This document shows, piece after piece, positions 42,511 to 53,204 of a DNA stretch of 64,000 nucleotides. Source of the DNA: an uncultured Bacteroidales bacterium (GTDB lineage Bacteria; Bacteroidota; Bacteroidia; Bacteroidales; P3); assembly GCA_946401725.1 (NCBI GenBank), contig CAMIVE010000001.1, forward strand, positions 72,724-136,723, in the 5' to 3' direction. Numbering within the stretch: position 1 is the stretch's first letter; each line of letters begins with the position of its first letter. The position numbers and the translations under genes are program-made. The notes under the pieces are model-generated. The model made no database searches. It was given only the letters and a program-made list of their open reading frames with translations, and had not been told where the DNA came from.

Positions 42511-42900
42511 ATGAAAACCAGACAGATATACCTCATTCCCGTCCTCGTAACATTTGTGGCATTGTTTGCAGGCTGTCGCAATGGAGACGGTCAAAAGAAC
42601 GACACGCCCTCACTTCCCGACACCAACATGATGAAAGAGGATGCGCGGGTGCTGGCCGAGAAGACGGCACAATGCATCAATCTAGTGAATTTCGACACTA
42701 TTGAAAACACTACGTCACCTACTATCGACAGCAATCTCGTCAACTGCACAGCACAATTGGAAAAACTAACGAAACAATACGAAGAAAAATACAAGGACAG
42801 TCTTGCCGCTGTAACCTTCGGACACTATTTCCTGGAGGCACTGCAACAGACCGACATCTCTTCTGAGATGAAGGAACTGTATAAAGAATTGGGAAGGTAA
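42511..42900 (+). CDS. Small hypothetical lipoprotein
   Basis: MKTRQIYLIPVLVTFVALFAGC lipobox. The track ORF start at 42358 has an implausible N-terminal extension. Confidence 0.5.
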   Translation: MKTRQIYLIPVLVTFVALFAGCRNGDGQKNDTPSLPDTNMMKEDARVLAEKTAQCINLVNFDTIENTTSPTIDSNLVNCTAQLEKLTKQYEEKYKDSLAAVTFGHYFLEALQQTDISSEMKELYKELGR

Positions 42901-43935
42901 CTACGCTTTGTAGTCGCCGCGGTCGACCACGGTCTCAAAACCGATTTTCTTGATTCGCTGCTCGGTGCAGGCTCGGCATTCGGCAGCCTCTTCTCCCGTA
43001 CATATTTTGTTGTCGTAGATGGCGTAATCCTTGCGATGTGCAATAGGTGAAAGATTGGGCATCACCACATTGGCACCGAACTGAATGCCCAATTCGCGGC
43101 CACGGGGATGGAGTGTACCCAGTGCCGTGGTGGCGGGGAGCAACACATGTGGATGTAGCAGTCGGATGATGGCCAGCAGTCGCAACGTGTCGCTTACCTT
43201 GCCGTTGGGATAACCTTCAAACGGAGTGTTGGCGGTAGCCACAAAAGGACCAATACCCACCATTTGGGGTTGAAGTTCGCGGATGAACTGCAGATCGGCA
43301 TAGAGCGTGTCAATGGTCTGAAAGGGGGATCCCACCATAAATCCACAACCTACCTGATAGCCTATCTCTTTCAGCGTCCAGAGACAATCGATACGGTTTT
43401 GCCACGACATCTCCGAGGGATGCAGCCGAGCATAGTGTTCAGGCGACGCCGTCTCGTGGCGCAGCAGGTAACGGTTGGCGCCTGCATCAAAAAGTGCCTG
43501 GTAACTCTCGCGGCTGCGCTCGCCGAGCGAAAGGGTGATGGCGCAGTCGGGATACTGCTGGCGGATGGTCGAGACGATACGGCACATGCGTTTGTCGTCA
43601 AACCAGCCGTCTTCACCGCCCTGCATCACAAAGGTACGGAAACCGAGGCGGTAGCCTGTGGCGCAGCACTGGAAAATCTCATCGTCGGTCAAACGGTAGC
43701 GCGAGGCATTGGTGTTGCTACGGCGCAAACCACAATAGAGACAATCGTTCTTGCAATGGCTGCTGAGTTCAATCAGGCCACGCATGAATATCTTGTTGCC
43801 ATATACCGATGTAGCCACTTCACGAGCCTGGCTGCGGAGTTCTTCGATACTGTCCTTGTCGTCGGTGGCAAGGATGGCTTCCAGTTCCTCGCGACTGATG
43901 TCGCGTTCCGTACGGATATGATCCACTATGGACAT
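42901..43935 (-). CDS. hydE: [FeFe]-hydrogenase H-cluster radical SAM maturase HydE
   Basis: CKNDCLYCGLRRSN radical-SAM cluster motif, with GGED, LSLGE, GANRYLLRHETA and C-terminal CxxxC...C blocks. These are collinear with Thermotoga HydE as I remember it. Confidence 0.8.
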   Translation of the reverse strand: MSIVDHIRTERDISREELEAILATDDKDSIEELRSQAREVATSVYGNKIFMRGLIELSSHCKNDCLYCGLRRSNTNASRYRLTDDEIFQCCATGYRLGFRTFVMQGGEDGWFDDKRMCRIVSTIRQQYPDCAITLSLGERSRESYQALFDAGANRYLLRHETASPEHYARLHPSEMSWQNRIDCLWTLKEIGYQVGCGFMVGSPFQTIDTLYADLQFIRELQPQMVGIGPFVATANTPFEGYPNGKVSDTLRLLAIIRLLHPHVLLPATTALGTLHPRGRELGIQFGANVVMPNLSPIAHRKDYAIYDNKICTGEEAAECRACTEQRIKKIGFETVVDRGDYKA

Positions 43936-43949
43936 CGTCCCTCCCCTAC

Positions 43950-44321
43950 TTACATTTTATCACAGCTCTTCTCTCCCCGTGCAGCGGGTTGGCAACAGGC
44001 AGGCAGTTTCTCAATGGCACGAGGGTTGGGCTTCTCGTTGGCAGTACGGACACCGTTGGCCGCCAAGGCTTTCTCTATCTTCGACGGGTTGGTCTTGTCT
44101 TCGCGATAGACTACCGTAACCGATTTCTTTTCGAGATTGAGCGTCCACTCCACTACGCCCCGCTCGTAGGCCAAGGTGTTTTCAATGGTGGCGTTGAGAC
44201 CTTTGCAGCAGTAGCCGGGGATGGAGATCTCTGTGGTTTTTGTATTTTTTGCTTTCTTCTGAGCAAAAGCCGGTGTAGCAAAAAGAATTGACAATAACGT
44301 TATGACAAGGAGTTTTTTCAT
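43950..44321 (-). CDS. Secreted HMA-like (ferredoxin-fold metal-binding) protein with CC motifs
   Basis: Signal peptide and GYCCKGLNATIENTL in the position of the HMA GMxCxxC loop. The C-terminus has ACCQPAARGEKSC. Confidence 0.55.
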   Translation of the reverse strand: MKKLLVITLLSILFATPAFAQKKAKNTKTTEISIPGYCCKGLNATIENTLAYERGVVEWTLNLEKKSVTVVYREDKTNPSKIEKALAANGVRTANEKPNPRAIEKLPACCQPAARGEKSCDKM

Positions 44322-44415
44322 GATAATATGTATCTTAATTTATTCATTTGCCATACAAATAGCGAATCATTTATTATAACGGACAAACGGGACGATTATT
44401 GCTATCAAGGGGAAT

Positions 44416-46665
44416 TTATCTGATATTGAAGCGGAGTCCGGCATAGAAGAGACGTCCCATGAGGGGGGCGTATACCACCGAGGCGTCGAACGCCTGGGAG
44501 AAGGGTGCGTCATAGCCAATGACCGGGGTCTCTTGGACATAGCCGGTGATGTTCTCTACTCCGGCATAGACTTCAAAGCGTTTGAATTTGCGTGTCACCT
44601 GTCCCAACATGTAGAGATAGGCCGGCGCTTCTCCCTGCAGGGTACCTTTGTTGAGCGGCAGACGTTGGGGACCGTTGAGTTGGGTGGTAAAATCGAAACG
44701 CCACTTCTCAAAGCGGGTATGGTAGCTCAGCACCAACAGCCCCTTCCAATAGGAGGTGTAGGGTTTGCGAAGCATCGTGCCATTGTAGTCGCAACGCACA
44801 TCGTTGATTTTGCCAGCCAATGAAACAGAAAAGCCTACGAACGGCTCTACGTTCAAGTCGGCCTGGATGACATTGGAGTAGCTGCGTCCGTCAAGGTTAT
44901 AGATATAGGCTGTATAGGCATCCTGATCCCAATCAATCACCGTCTGGTTGAGGAAATCGGTATGGAAATAGTCGATGGAGAACGTCAGCTCACGGTCATC
45001 GCCCAGCTGGATTTTGCGCGTCAGGTTGACACCGGCGTTCCAAGCCTCTTCCATCTGCAGCGGAGTGTTGATTACCAAGTCGCGTCCCGACGCCAGAAGG
45101 CCGAAGTTCTCCGCTATGACATGCGGTGCACGATAACCCATGCCTCCCGAGCCCCGCAGCACCCAACGGCCGGCGATACGCCATCGGAAATGGAGACGTG
45201 GGGTCAGCAGGTGCCGCCGGTAATGGCTGTTGTAGTCATATCGCAGCCCCGCTGTAGCATTGAAGTCGTCGCCATAGCGGAAGGTGTATTGTCCGAAAGC
45301 GCCCGGCACCACCTCGCGCATCGACAGCTGGTCGTCGAACGTCACCGCTGCCGCCGACAGATAGGGCTGAGAACGCAACGACTCGTCGATCTCCTCATAA
45401 CGCAGCGAGAGACCGTAGTCGACCATATGGCCGCCGCTCACTTCGGCATTTACCAACAGGTTGACATACAAGTCCTTCTCCTCGCCACGGTAGTCCGAGA
45501 GACCGTAGTAGGCCGACTGGCGGAACCAGGTGCCGCTGACCTGCGAACCGAACGAAGCTGTATTGCTGAGCATGAAGCCGTTTTTGGTAAAGAAATGGAG
45601 CCGGTCGGTGGTGCCGCCGAATCCATAAATGCTGTCGCTGCCCCGAAGGGAGCGCTCGAAACGCATGTCACCGCCCAGGCGTTCCTCATGGATGTAGTTG
45701 ACCAATGTCTGAGAATGAAATCCCGACGGTGCTTCATAGTCCCAACGGTTCACGACGTTGAACTGCTGCTGCAGCGGATAGTCGGCAAAGCCGTCATGAC
45801 CGATATGGTCGGCACGACGCGCGTTGTAGGTTCCAAAAAACAGCAGACCCGTGGAGAGCCGATTATTGAACCGATGGTTCAATTTGGCCGTAACCTCCGA
45901 TTTTAAATCGCTGTTTTCATAGAGATTGAGCGAGAAACGGTCCCCTTTGGCCGGTTTCTCGTATTCGAGATTGATGGTACCGGTGATGGCGTCATAGCCG
46001 TTTTTCACCGTGGCAACACCTTTGCTGACCGAGATGGACTCCATCCACTGACCCGGCACATAGCCCAGTCCGAATGGGGCAGAAAGTCCGCGCAGGAACG
46101 GCGTGTTTTCAAGCAACATCTGTGAATAGACACCCGTCAAACCCAGCAGCTGAATCTGCTTGCTCCCTGACACCGCGTCGGAATAACCCACATCGACGGT
46201 GGCGGAATTCTCGAAACTTTCGCCCAAATTACAACAGGCCAACCCTTTCAGCCCTTCGACAGTAATCACCTCCGTCTGGGCAATGGAAGACATGCGGGTT
46301 ACGGTGTTCTTGCGCCGCTGGCGGACCGCAACACTACGTAGTTTTTTGGAGGAGGTCTTCAGTCGAACCTCAAGCGGCACACCCTCTTGAGGCATCACCG
46401 TATCGGTGACATAGCTCGTCATGCCCACCAAAAGCGGCCGCAGTCCATCGGTCACCAAAAGAGAAAAACGACCTTCGTTATCGGAAGTCGTTCCCTTGAG
46501 GGTTCCCTGCCACTGGATATGTGCACCCGGCAACGGGGTTCCCGAAGCATCATCAAGTACCACTCCCCTCACCTCTTGGGCTGCAAGACCAACGGTGGAA
46601 AACAGCAGCACACAGAAGAGCAGCAATCTGAACAATTGCAGCAGGGAGCGTCGTTGGAGCAACAT
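44416..46665 (-). CDS. TonB-dependent receptor with an N-terminal carboxypeptidase-regulatory-like domain
   Basis: 749 aa. It has an N-terminal VRGVVLDDASGTPLPGAHI, a plug domain, a 22-strand-like barrel and a terminal ...YAGLRFNIR. Confidence 0.85.
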   Translation of the reverse strand: MLLQRRSLLQLFRLLLFCVLLFSTVGLAAQEVRGVVLDDASGTPLPGAHIQWQGTLKGTTSDNEGRFSLLVTDGLRPLLVGMTSYVTDTVMPQEGVPLEVRLKTSSKKLRSVAVRQRRKNTVTRMSSIAQTEVITVEGLKGLACCNLGESFENSATVDVGYSDAVSGSKQIQLLGLTGVYSQMLLENTPFLRGLSAPFGLGYVPGQWMESISVSKGVATVKNGYDAITGTINLEYEKPAKGDRFSLNLYENSDLKSEVTAKLNHRFNNRLSTGLLFFGTYNARRADHIGHDGFADYPLQQQFNVVNRWDYEAPSGFHSQTLVNYIHEERLGGDMRFERSLRGSDSIYGFGGTTDRLHFFTKNGFMLSNTASFGSQVSGTWFRQSAYYGLSDYRGEEKDLYVNLLVNAEVSGGHMVDYGLSLRYEEIDESLRSQPYLSAAAVTFDDQLSMREVVPGAFGQYTFRYGDDFNATAGLRYDYNSHYRRHLLTPRLHFRWRIAGRWVLRGSGGMGYRAPHVIAENFGLLASGRDLVINTPLQMEEAWNAGVNLTRKIQLGDDRELTFSIDYFHTDFLNQTVIDWDQDAYTAYIYNLDGRSYSNVIQADLNVEPFVGFSVSLAGKINDVRCDYNGTMLRKPYTSYWKGLLVLSYHTRFEKWRFDFTTQLNGPQRLPLNKGTLQGEAPAYLYMLGQVTRKFKRFEVYAGVENITGYVQETPVIGYDAPFSQAFDASVVYAPLMGRLFYAGLRFNIR

Positions 46666-46685
46666 TGAAAATGAAACTCCGAAAA

Positions 46686-47270
46686 TCAGAACAGCAGACC
46701 TACACCCAAGCGATAGAACATGTCACCGTCGTGGCTGCGCGTCACACGTCCGTCAACGTAGATGAAGCCCAGCAGGTCGACACCCACACCGCCAATCAGC
46801 GAATAGTTGCCGAAATCAAACGCCTTGTCGGTAGCACCCTTGATGGTGGTGTAGAATTCCGGTCCGGCGAAGACACGAAGACCAAGCATCTTATTGAAAT
46901 CCAACAGATGGACACCCACCAGCACCGGTATCGAGAGGTTCACTGTCTGCACATTGGAGTAGGCTGCAATAATCTTGTCAATAAAATTGTCTTGTGCGTC
47001 GACTGAATCCCACACGGAACCGATGGAGAAATTAGCCTCGGGCTGGATGGTAATCCATCGACCGATATTGGCACGCACCAGCAGACCCCCTTCGCAACCG
47101 CGAAGAAAGTCGGTGGAAAAATCGTTGGCCTCAGTGGTGACATCGTTAATCATGTCATCAATGGAATGGGTTGAATACTGCAACTTCAAGCCAAGCTGAA
47201 GCAACTGGGCCTGAGCGGTCCCAACACCAAAAACAGCCACAAGAGCTAAGATTAACAACTGTTTTTTCAT
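46686..47270 (-). CDS. Small outer-membrane beta-barrel (porin-family) protein
   Basis: 194 aa with a signal peptide, alternating strands and a terminal ...RLGVGLLF. Confidence 0.6.
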   Translation of the reverse strand: MKKQLLILALVAVFGVGTAQAQLLQLGLKLQYSTHSIDDMINDVTTEANDFSTDFLRGCEGGLLVRANIGRWITIQPEANFSIGSVWDSVDAQDNFIDKIIAAYSNVQTVNLSIPVLVGVHLLDFNKMLGLRVFAGPEFYTTIKGATDKAFDFGNYSLIGGVGVDLLGFIYVDGRVTRSHDGDMFYRLGVGLLF

Positions 47271-47396
47271 GATTATCGGGGGTTTAAAGGGTTTTTGTCT
47301 TAAGTTAATAAGGTTAAATGATTAAAGGATTCTTACTGTCTTTTATGATGTATTTGATGATAATACGTTAAAATCAAGGCAAAAGTTTCACTTCTA

Positions 47397-50300
47397 TCAA
47401 GATTCGGCATCACGGCCGTGGCAGTTCTTGTATTTCTTGCCACTTCCGCAGGGACAGGGATCGTTGCGGCCCACTTTTTTCTCGACATGTACCGGCTGCG
47501 GTTTCTCTCGCTGCTGGGTATCATATCCATACTGTGAAGCACCGTCATTTCTGCGAGCCCCATTACCAGTGGTATCGGTACGGCTGGTACGCAAACCTTT
47601 CTGGTTGCTCGTAGGCTGGTGAGCTTCCTTCATCTCGCTTTCCTGTTTGATGGGCAGGCTGGCGCGACTCAGGAACGAAGCTATCTGACGGTTGATATCG
47701 AGGAGCATCTTCTCGAAGAGGTTGAACGACTCAAATTTGTAAATCAAGAGGGGATCCTTCTGTTCGTAGGAGGCATTCTGCACCGAAGTCTTCAAGTCGT
47801 CGAGTTCACGCAGGTGTTCCTTCCACATGTCGTCGATAATGGCCAGCGTGATGTTCTTCTCGATGGAGAGCTGCACTTCGCGACCGCCGTTCTCATAGGA
47901 TTTCTTGACAGGACAGATGACATTCATCGTCTTCACACCGTCGGTGATGGGGAATACCACATTCTCGTAGCGGGTGTTGTCGTGGATGTTCTTGATGAAC
48001 GGGTAAGCCAGTTCGGCGAGACGCTGCATACGCTCTTTGTAGGCGTTGTAGGTCATCTCGTAAAGTTTCTCGACCATCTCCGAACCGCGGGCGTTGTAGA
48101 ATTCCTTCTCGGTAAACGGTACATCCATGGCAAAGACACGGATCATTTCCATCTTGAAACCCTCGTAGTCGTGCGCCTGGTCGGCATCGTTGTAAAGCAA
48201 CTCGCAGGTGTCGTAGAACATATTGGAGATATCGATGGAGAGTCGGTCACCATAGAGCGCGTTACGGCGTTTATTGTAAATAACCGTACGCTGGTTGTTC
48301 ATCACGTCGTCATATTCCAGCAGGCGCTTACGCATACCGAAGTTGTTCTCTTCCACCTTTTTCTGCGCACGCTCAATCTGCTTGGTAATCATGGAATGCT
48401 GAATCATCTCACCCTCCTGAAGACCCATGCGGTCCATAATGGAGGCGATACGCTCCGAACCGAAGATACGCATCAGGTCGTCTTCCAGCGAAACGAAGAA
48501 GAGTGACGAGCCCGGGTCGCCCTGACGACCGGCACGACCACGCAACTGACGGTCGACACGACGGCTCTCATGACGTTCGGTACCGATGATAGCCAAACCG
48601 CCATGTTCGCGCACATCACCTTTCAACTTGATATCGGTACCACGACCGGCCATATTGGTGGCGATGGTGACACGACCCGGCTCACCGGCTTCAGCGACGA
48701 TGTCGGCCTCTTTCTTGTGTAGCTTGGCGTTAAGGACATTATGCTTGATGCCTTTCATGGTGAGCATCTTGCTGAGCAACTCAGAAGTCTCGACCGAAGT
48801 GGTACCTACCAGCACTGGACGCCCTTCTCCTCGCAAACGCTCGATTTCAGCAATGACCGCTTTGAATTTCTCACGTTTGGTCTTGTAGATGACATCGTCC
48901 ATATCGATACGTGCGATGGGACGGTTGGTAGGGATGACCACCACATCAAGCTTGTAGATATTCCAGAACTCGCCCGCTTCCGTTTCAGCAGTACCGGTCA
49001 TACCGGCCAGCTTCTTGTACATGCGGAAGTAGTTCTGCAGCGTGATGGTGGCGTAAGTCTGTGTGGCCGCCTCCACTTTGGCACTCTCCTTGGCCTCGAC
49101 AGCCTGATGCAGACCGTCGCTCCAACGGCGGCCTTCCATGATACGGCCCGTCTGCTCGTCGACAATCTTCACCTGACGGTCTTCCGTAAGGACGTAGTCG
49201 ACATCTTTCTCAAAAAGCGTATAGGCCTTGAGCAGCTGGTCGACGGTGTGGACGCGGTCGCTCTGGATGGCAAAGTTGTTGTAGATTTCCTCTTTCTTGG
49301 CGGCTTTTTCTTCCGCAGAGAGCGTTTCCTTCTCCAAATCGGCAATCTGAGCACCCACATCGGGCAACTGATAAGAGCTTGAATCCTCACCCATCTGGGT
49401 CAGGAAGTCCATACCCTTATCGGTCAATTCAACAGTGCGCTGCTTTTCATCGACCACAAAATAGAGTTCGTCATCGATGATATGCATGTATTTGTTCTGT
49501 TCCTGCATGTAGAAATTCTCCGTTTTCTGGAGCAAGGTTTTGACACCCGTTTCGCTGAGGAACTTGATAAGCGCCTTGTTTTTGGGCAGACCGCGGTAGG
49601 CGCGAAGCAAAGCCATGGCACCCGCCTGGTCAGGTTTCTGGTCCATATTGCTGCCCAGTTCGCGCTTGGCATCGGCAAGGATAGTGGTAACCAGTGCTCG
49701 TTGTGTATTGTAGAGTTTCTCGATAACCGGTTTGAAGCGGTCGAACTCCTGATCGTCGCCTTTGGCGGTGGGACCCGAAATAATAAGCGGCGTACGAGCG
49801 TCGTCAATCAACACCGAGTCGACCTCGTCGACAATGGCATAGTTGTGACCGCGCTGCACCAGTTCGTCGGGGTTGCGGCTCATGTTGTCGCGCAGATAGT
49901 CGAAGCCGAACTCGTTGTTGGTTCCATAAGTGATGTCGGCGTTGTATGCAGCCTTGCGGGCATCGCTGTGGGGTTCGTGCTTGTCGATACAGTCGACCGA
50001 AAGTCCATGAAATTCGAAAAGCATGCCCATCCATTCCGAGTCACGCTTGGCCAGATAGTCGTTGACGGTGACCACATGAACGCCTTTGCCCGGCAAAGCA
50101 TTAAGGTAGACGGGAAGCGTGGCGACGAGCGTCTTACCTTCACCGGTAGCCATCTCCGCGATTTTGCCGCTGTGTAACACCACGCCACCGATGAGCTGTA
50201 CATCATAGTGGACCATATCCCATGTAATCATGTTGCCACCAGCCATCCAGCTGTTCTTGAAGTGTGCCATGCCATTGTCGTCAATGTTCACATTGTTGCG

Positions 50301-50726
50301 AGTAGCCGAGAGGTCGCGGTCGTGTTCTGTAGCAGTGACCACCACTTCTTCGTTTTCAGCAAAGCGGCGAGCCGTCTCTTTCACCACAGCAAATGCTTCG
50401 GGAAGGATATCGTTGAGCACATCCTGCGTCTTGTCGTAAGCCGTTTTCTCCAGTTCGTCAATACGTTTGTAGAGGTGTTCCTTCTCATCGACAGGCATAT
50501 CGTATTCTTCCTCGATACGTTTATGCAATGCCGCCAACTCTTCTTCCTCCTCGCGGACTTCGTTACGGATACGTTCTTTGAATTCTATGGTTTTGGCACG
50601 CAGTTGGTCGTTGGTAAGTTCTTTTATTGAAGGGTAGACTTTCAGTGCAGCTTCTACGTAGGGATTGACCTCTTTCAAGTCGCGCTGCGACTTATTTCCA
50701 AACAGTTTGCTTAAAAAATTAGCCAT
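47397..50726 (-). CDS. secA: Preprotein translocase ATPase SecA
   Basis: 1109 aa with Walker A (MATGEGKTL), a DEAD-like [19 protein letters not shown], and a C-terminal zinc finger [14 protein letters not shown]. Confidence 0.95.
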   Translation of the reverse strand: MANFLSKLFGNKSQRDLKEVNPYVEAALKVYPSIKELTNDQLRAKTIEFKERIRNEVREEEEELAALHKRIEEEYDMPVDEKEHLYKRIDELEKTAYDKTQDVLNDILPEAFAVVKETARRFAENEEVVVTATEHDRDLSATRNNVNIDDNGMAHFKNSWMAGGNMITWDMVHYDVQLIGGVVLHSGKIAEMATGEGKTLVATLPVYLNALPGKGVHVVTVNDYLAKRDSEWMGMLFEFHGLSVDCIDKHEPHSDARKAAYNADITYGTNNEFGFDYLRDNMSRNPDELVQRGHNYAIVDEVDSVLIDDARTPLIISGPTAKGDDQEFDRFKPVIEKLYNTQRALVTTILADAKRELGSNMDQKPDQAGAMALLRAYRGLPKNKALIKFLSETGVKTLLQKTENFYMQEQNKYMHIIDDELYFVVDEKQRTVELTDKGMDFLTQMGEDSSSYQLPDVGAQIADLEKETLSAEEKAAKKEEIYNNFAIQSDRVHTVDQLLKAYTLFEKDVDYVLTEDRQVKIVDEQTGRIMEGRRWSDGLHQAVEAKESAKVEAATQTYATITLQNYFRMYKKLAGMTGTAETEAGEFWNIYKLDVVVIPTNRPIARIDMDDVIYKTKREKFKAVIAEIERLRGEGRPVLVGTTSVETSELLSKMLTMKGIKHNVLNAKLHKKEADIVAEAGEPGRVTIATNMAGRGTDIKLKGDVREHGGLAIIGTERHESRRVDRQLRGRAGRQGDPGSSLFFVSLEDDLMRIFGSERIASIMDRMGLQEGEMIQHSMITKQIERAQKKVEENNFGMRKRLLEYDDVMNNQRTVIYNKRRNALYGDRLSIDISNMFYDTCELLYNDADQAHDYEGFKMEMIRVFAMDVPFTEKEFYNARGSEMVEKLYEMTYNAYKERMQRLAELAYPFIKNIHDNTRYENVVFPITDGVKTMNVICPVKKSYENGGREVQLSIEKNITLAIIDDMWKEHLRELDDLKTSVQNASYEQKDPLLIYKFESFNLFEKMLLDINRQIASFLSRASLPIKQESEMKEAHQPTSNQKGLRTSRTDTTGNGARRNDGASQYGYDTQQREKPQPVHVEKKVGRNDPCPCGSGKKYKNCHGRDAES

Positions 50727-50802
50727 ACAGTATTCTATAAATTCTTATTATTTTACTAATCAACAATATCTTGCGCCTATTGTGGCACATTACTATAACT
50801 TA

Positions 50803-50810
50803 CAAAAATA
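50803..50810 (-). promoter_or_regulatory. Candidate -7 box TATTTTTG for secA
   Basis: Reverse complement of CAAAAATA, 77 nt upstream of the secA ATG. Confidence 0.35.
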
Positions 50811-50897
50811 GTAATTTGCATACAACCGACAAAATTTATTTTGTCACTATTCTATCGATACCAATCACATCGGCCCTTTTGTTTCCCAAAAAAAGTG

Positions 50898-50905
50898 TAT
50901 TTTTG
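50898..50905 (+). promoter_or_regulatory. Candidate -7 box TATTTTTG for the 50944 gene
   Basis: Matches TAnnTTTG 39 nt upstream of the ATG. Confidence 0.35.
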
Positions 50906-50943
50906 CATTTTGTAATCCCTTTCAACAAAAAAGACATTGCCTT

Positions 50944-51315
50944 ATGAACAAGACATTTATAATCATCGGTATGTTTCTCGCTGTCACCGCCCTGTGTCTC
51001 TCCTGCGGCAAGAAAGATCCGCGCGCCATGGGCACAGAATCAGGAAAAGCACAATGCGCATGCTACCAGATGGAAAGTGAAGAGGCTGTGAATGCCTGTT
51101 TGAACGATCTTGAAAGAAAATATCAGGAATACCTGAACGACACCGCCTATATCGAGGCTGCCGAGACACAGATGCTTCAATGCATCAGCGACGGTATAGT
51201 GGACGCGGAAAAGCCCATTAAAGATATTCGTGACACCACTAAAGCGAAGCAACCGACAGATACCGCTGCCGAAGCAACCGGAAGCATCGATACAGTGAAA
51301 AAGACCGACAAATAG
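50944..51315 (+). CDS. Small hypothetical lipoprotein
   Basis: 123 aa with a lipobox LCLSCG. Confidence 0.5.
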   Translation: MNKTFIIIGMFLAVTALCLSCGKKDPRAMGTESGKAQCACYQMESEEAVNACLNDLERKYQEYLNDTAYIEAAETQMLQCISDGIVDAEKPIKDIRDTTKAKQPTDTAAEATGSIDTVKKTDK

Positions 51316-51332
51316 TCTAATACCCAAATTTT

Positions 51333-52364
51333 ATGAACGTAACACTTGGAAGATCAGGACTTGTGGTACCGAAAAACGGTTTCGGCGCCCTCCCTATTCA
51401 GCGCATCTCGACAGAAGAGACCATTCGATTGATACACAAAGCATTCGACAACGGCATGTACTATTTCGACACTGCCCGTTTTTACACCGACAGTGAAGAG
51501 AAACTGGGAAAGGCGCTTCACGACCGACGCGACAAGGTGATCATCAGCACCAAAACAGGAGCCACTACCGCCGAAGGATTCTGGAAAGACCTGGAGACCT
51601 CGCTGCGACTGCTGCAGACAGACTATATTGACCTTTATCAGTTCCACAACCCCGCATTCTGCCCGTTGCCGGGCGACGGAAGCGGACTGTACGAAGCCAT
51701 GCTGGAAGCTCAGAAGCAGGGCAAGGTACGTCATATCGGCATCACCAACCACCGCCTTGCCGTGGCACAGCAGGCCATCGACAGCGACATGTATGAGACG
51801 CTACAGTTCCCGTTCTCTTACCTGGCTTCAGAGAAAGAGCTGCATCTGGTCAACCAGTGCGCCGAGAAAAACATCGGCTTCATCGCCATGAAAGCCCTCA
51901 GCGGCGGACTCATCCACCATGCTGCCACCGCCTACGCCTATCTGGCTCAGTTCCCCGGCGTGGAACCCATCTGGGGCATCCAGCGGGAAAGCGAACTGGA
52001 CGAGTTTATCTCCTTCCAAAGCAATCCCCCCACCCTTACCGACGAGATGCGCCAGCGCATCGAACAGGACCGCAAAGAGCTGACCGGAGACTTCTGCCGG
52101 GGTTGCGGCTACTGCCAGCCCTGCACCGTAGGCATCGAGATTGAGAGCTGCAACCGCATGTACCTCTTCCTGCGCCGTGCCCCCTACTCGGTATACCTTA
52201 CCGAAGAGTTTAACCAGAAAATGCACCAAATCGAAGATTGCGTGGACTGCGGACTTTGCAAAGAACGCTGCCCCTATGGTCTGGATATCCCCAACCTGCT
52301 AAGACGCAACCTGGAGGACTGGAACGAGCACTGGAAAGAGAAGGAGAAATATCTCCAAAATTGA
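51333..52364 (+). CDS. Aldo/keto reductase with a C-terminal Fe-S (Cys-cluster) domain
   Basis: AKR blocks (FDTARFYTDSE, IDLYQFHNP, GITNH) plus CRGCGYCQPC and CVDCGLCKERCP motifs. Confidence 0.75.
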   Translation: MNVTLGRSGLVVPKNGFGALPIQRISTEETIRLIHKAFDNGMYYFDTARFYTDSEEKLGKALHDRRDKVIISTKTGATTAEGFWKDLETSLRLLQTDYIDLYQFHNPAFCPLPGDGSGLYEAMLEAQKQGKVRHIGITNHRLAVAQQAIDSDMYETLQFPFSYLASEKELHLVNQCAEKNIGFIAMKALSGGLIHHAATAYAYLAQFPGVEPIWGIQRESELDEFISFQSNPPTLTDEMRQRIEQDRKELTGDFCRGCGYCQPCTVGIEIESCNRMYLFLRRAPYSVYLTEEFNQKMHQIEDCVDCGLCKERCPYGLDIPNLLRRNLEDWNEHWKEKEKYLQN

Positions 52365-52458
52365 AAAGGACCGCTGCGTTCAAAAGGATAAAAAGGTCGC
52401 TACGCTGAAAAGGTAAGAGTACCTTTAAAACCCTTCAAACCTTTATTTCATTACAAAT

Positions 52459-53139
52459 ATGTCACCTGACGTTTTTACTTTCTTCGAAGAATTGGCGATG
52501 AACAATAACCGGGAGTGGTTTTTGGACAACAGAAGCCGTTATGACGCCATCCGCGAGGAGTTCATAGAATTCACCGCTCAAATCATCAATGAGCTCTCAC
52601 CGCTCGACCCTTCCATCGGCCACCCCGATCCTAAACGTTGTCTCTATCGCATCAACCGCGACCTGCGCTTCACCCCCGATAAACGACCATACAAAACTCA
52701 TATCGCCTTTTTCCTGAGCAGCAACGGAGTGAAACGGGGCGGCGAAGCAGGCTATTACCTACAAATAGGGCAGGAGGACTACGGATTGCACGGAAATTGC
52801 AGCCTGGGTGGCGGCATTTTTATGCCCGACAAAGAAAAACTGGCGGCCATACGACAGGAGATATTCTACAACACCGACGAATTCCTCGCCATCATCCACA
52901 ACAAAGAGTACAAGAAATACTTTGGCGACACTTTTTTTACGACCAAAGTGCTGAGCCGTGCGCCCAAAGGCTATCCCAACGACTGGGAGCATGTCGACCT
53001 ACTAAAATACAATGACTACTGCACTATGCACGAGGTGCCGAACAAGGTGGTGACCGGCGACGGATTCAAAGACTATGTCATGAAGGTGTTCCGTGCCAGC
53101 GTGCCGTTCAACAAATTCATCCTACAGGCAACGAGTTGA
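52459..53139 (+). CDS. DUF2461 (TIGR02453) family protein
   Basis: FFEELAMNNNREWFLDNRSRYD...YRINRDLRFTPDKRPYKTH is a typical family signature. Confidence 0.7.
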   Translation: MSPDVFTFFEELAMNNNREWFLDNRSRYDAIREEFIEFTAQIINELSPLDPSIGHPDPKRCLYRINRDLRFTPDKRPYKTHIAFFLSSNGVKRGGEAGYYLQIGQEDYGLHGNCSLGGGIFMPDKEKLAAIRQEIFYNTDEFLAIIHNKEYKKYFGDTFFTTKVLSRAPKGYPNDWEHVDLLKYNDYCTMHEVPNKVVTGDGFKDYVMKVFRASVPFNKFILQATS

Positions 53140-53204
53140 AAGGAAAAAAGAAAACAGCGTCAACCCTAAAGGTGACGCTGTTTTCTTTATCAGGAAATAA
53201 TATT

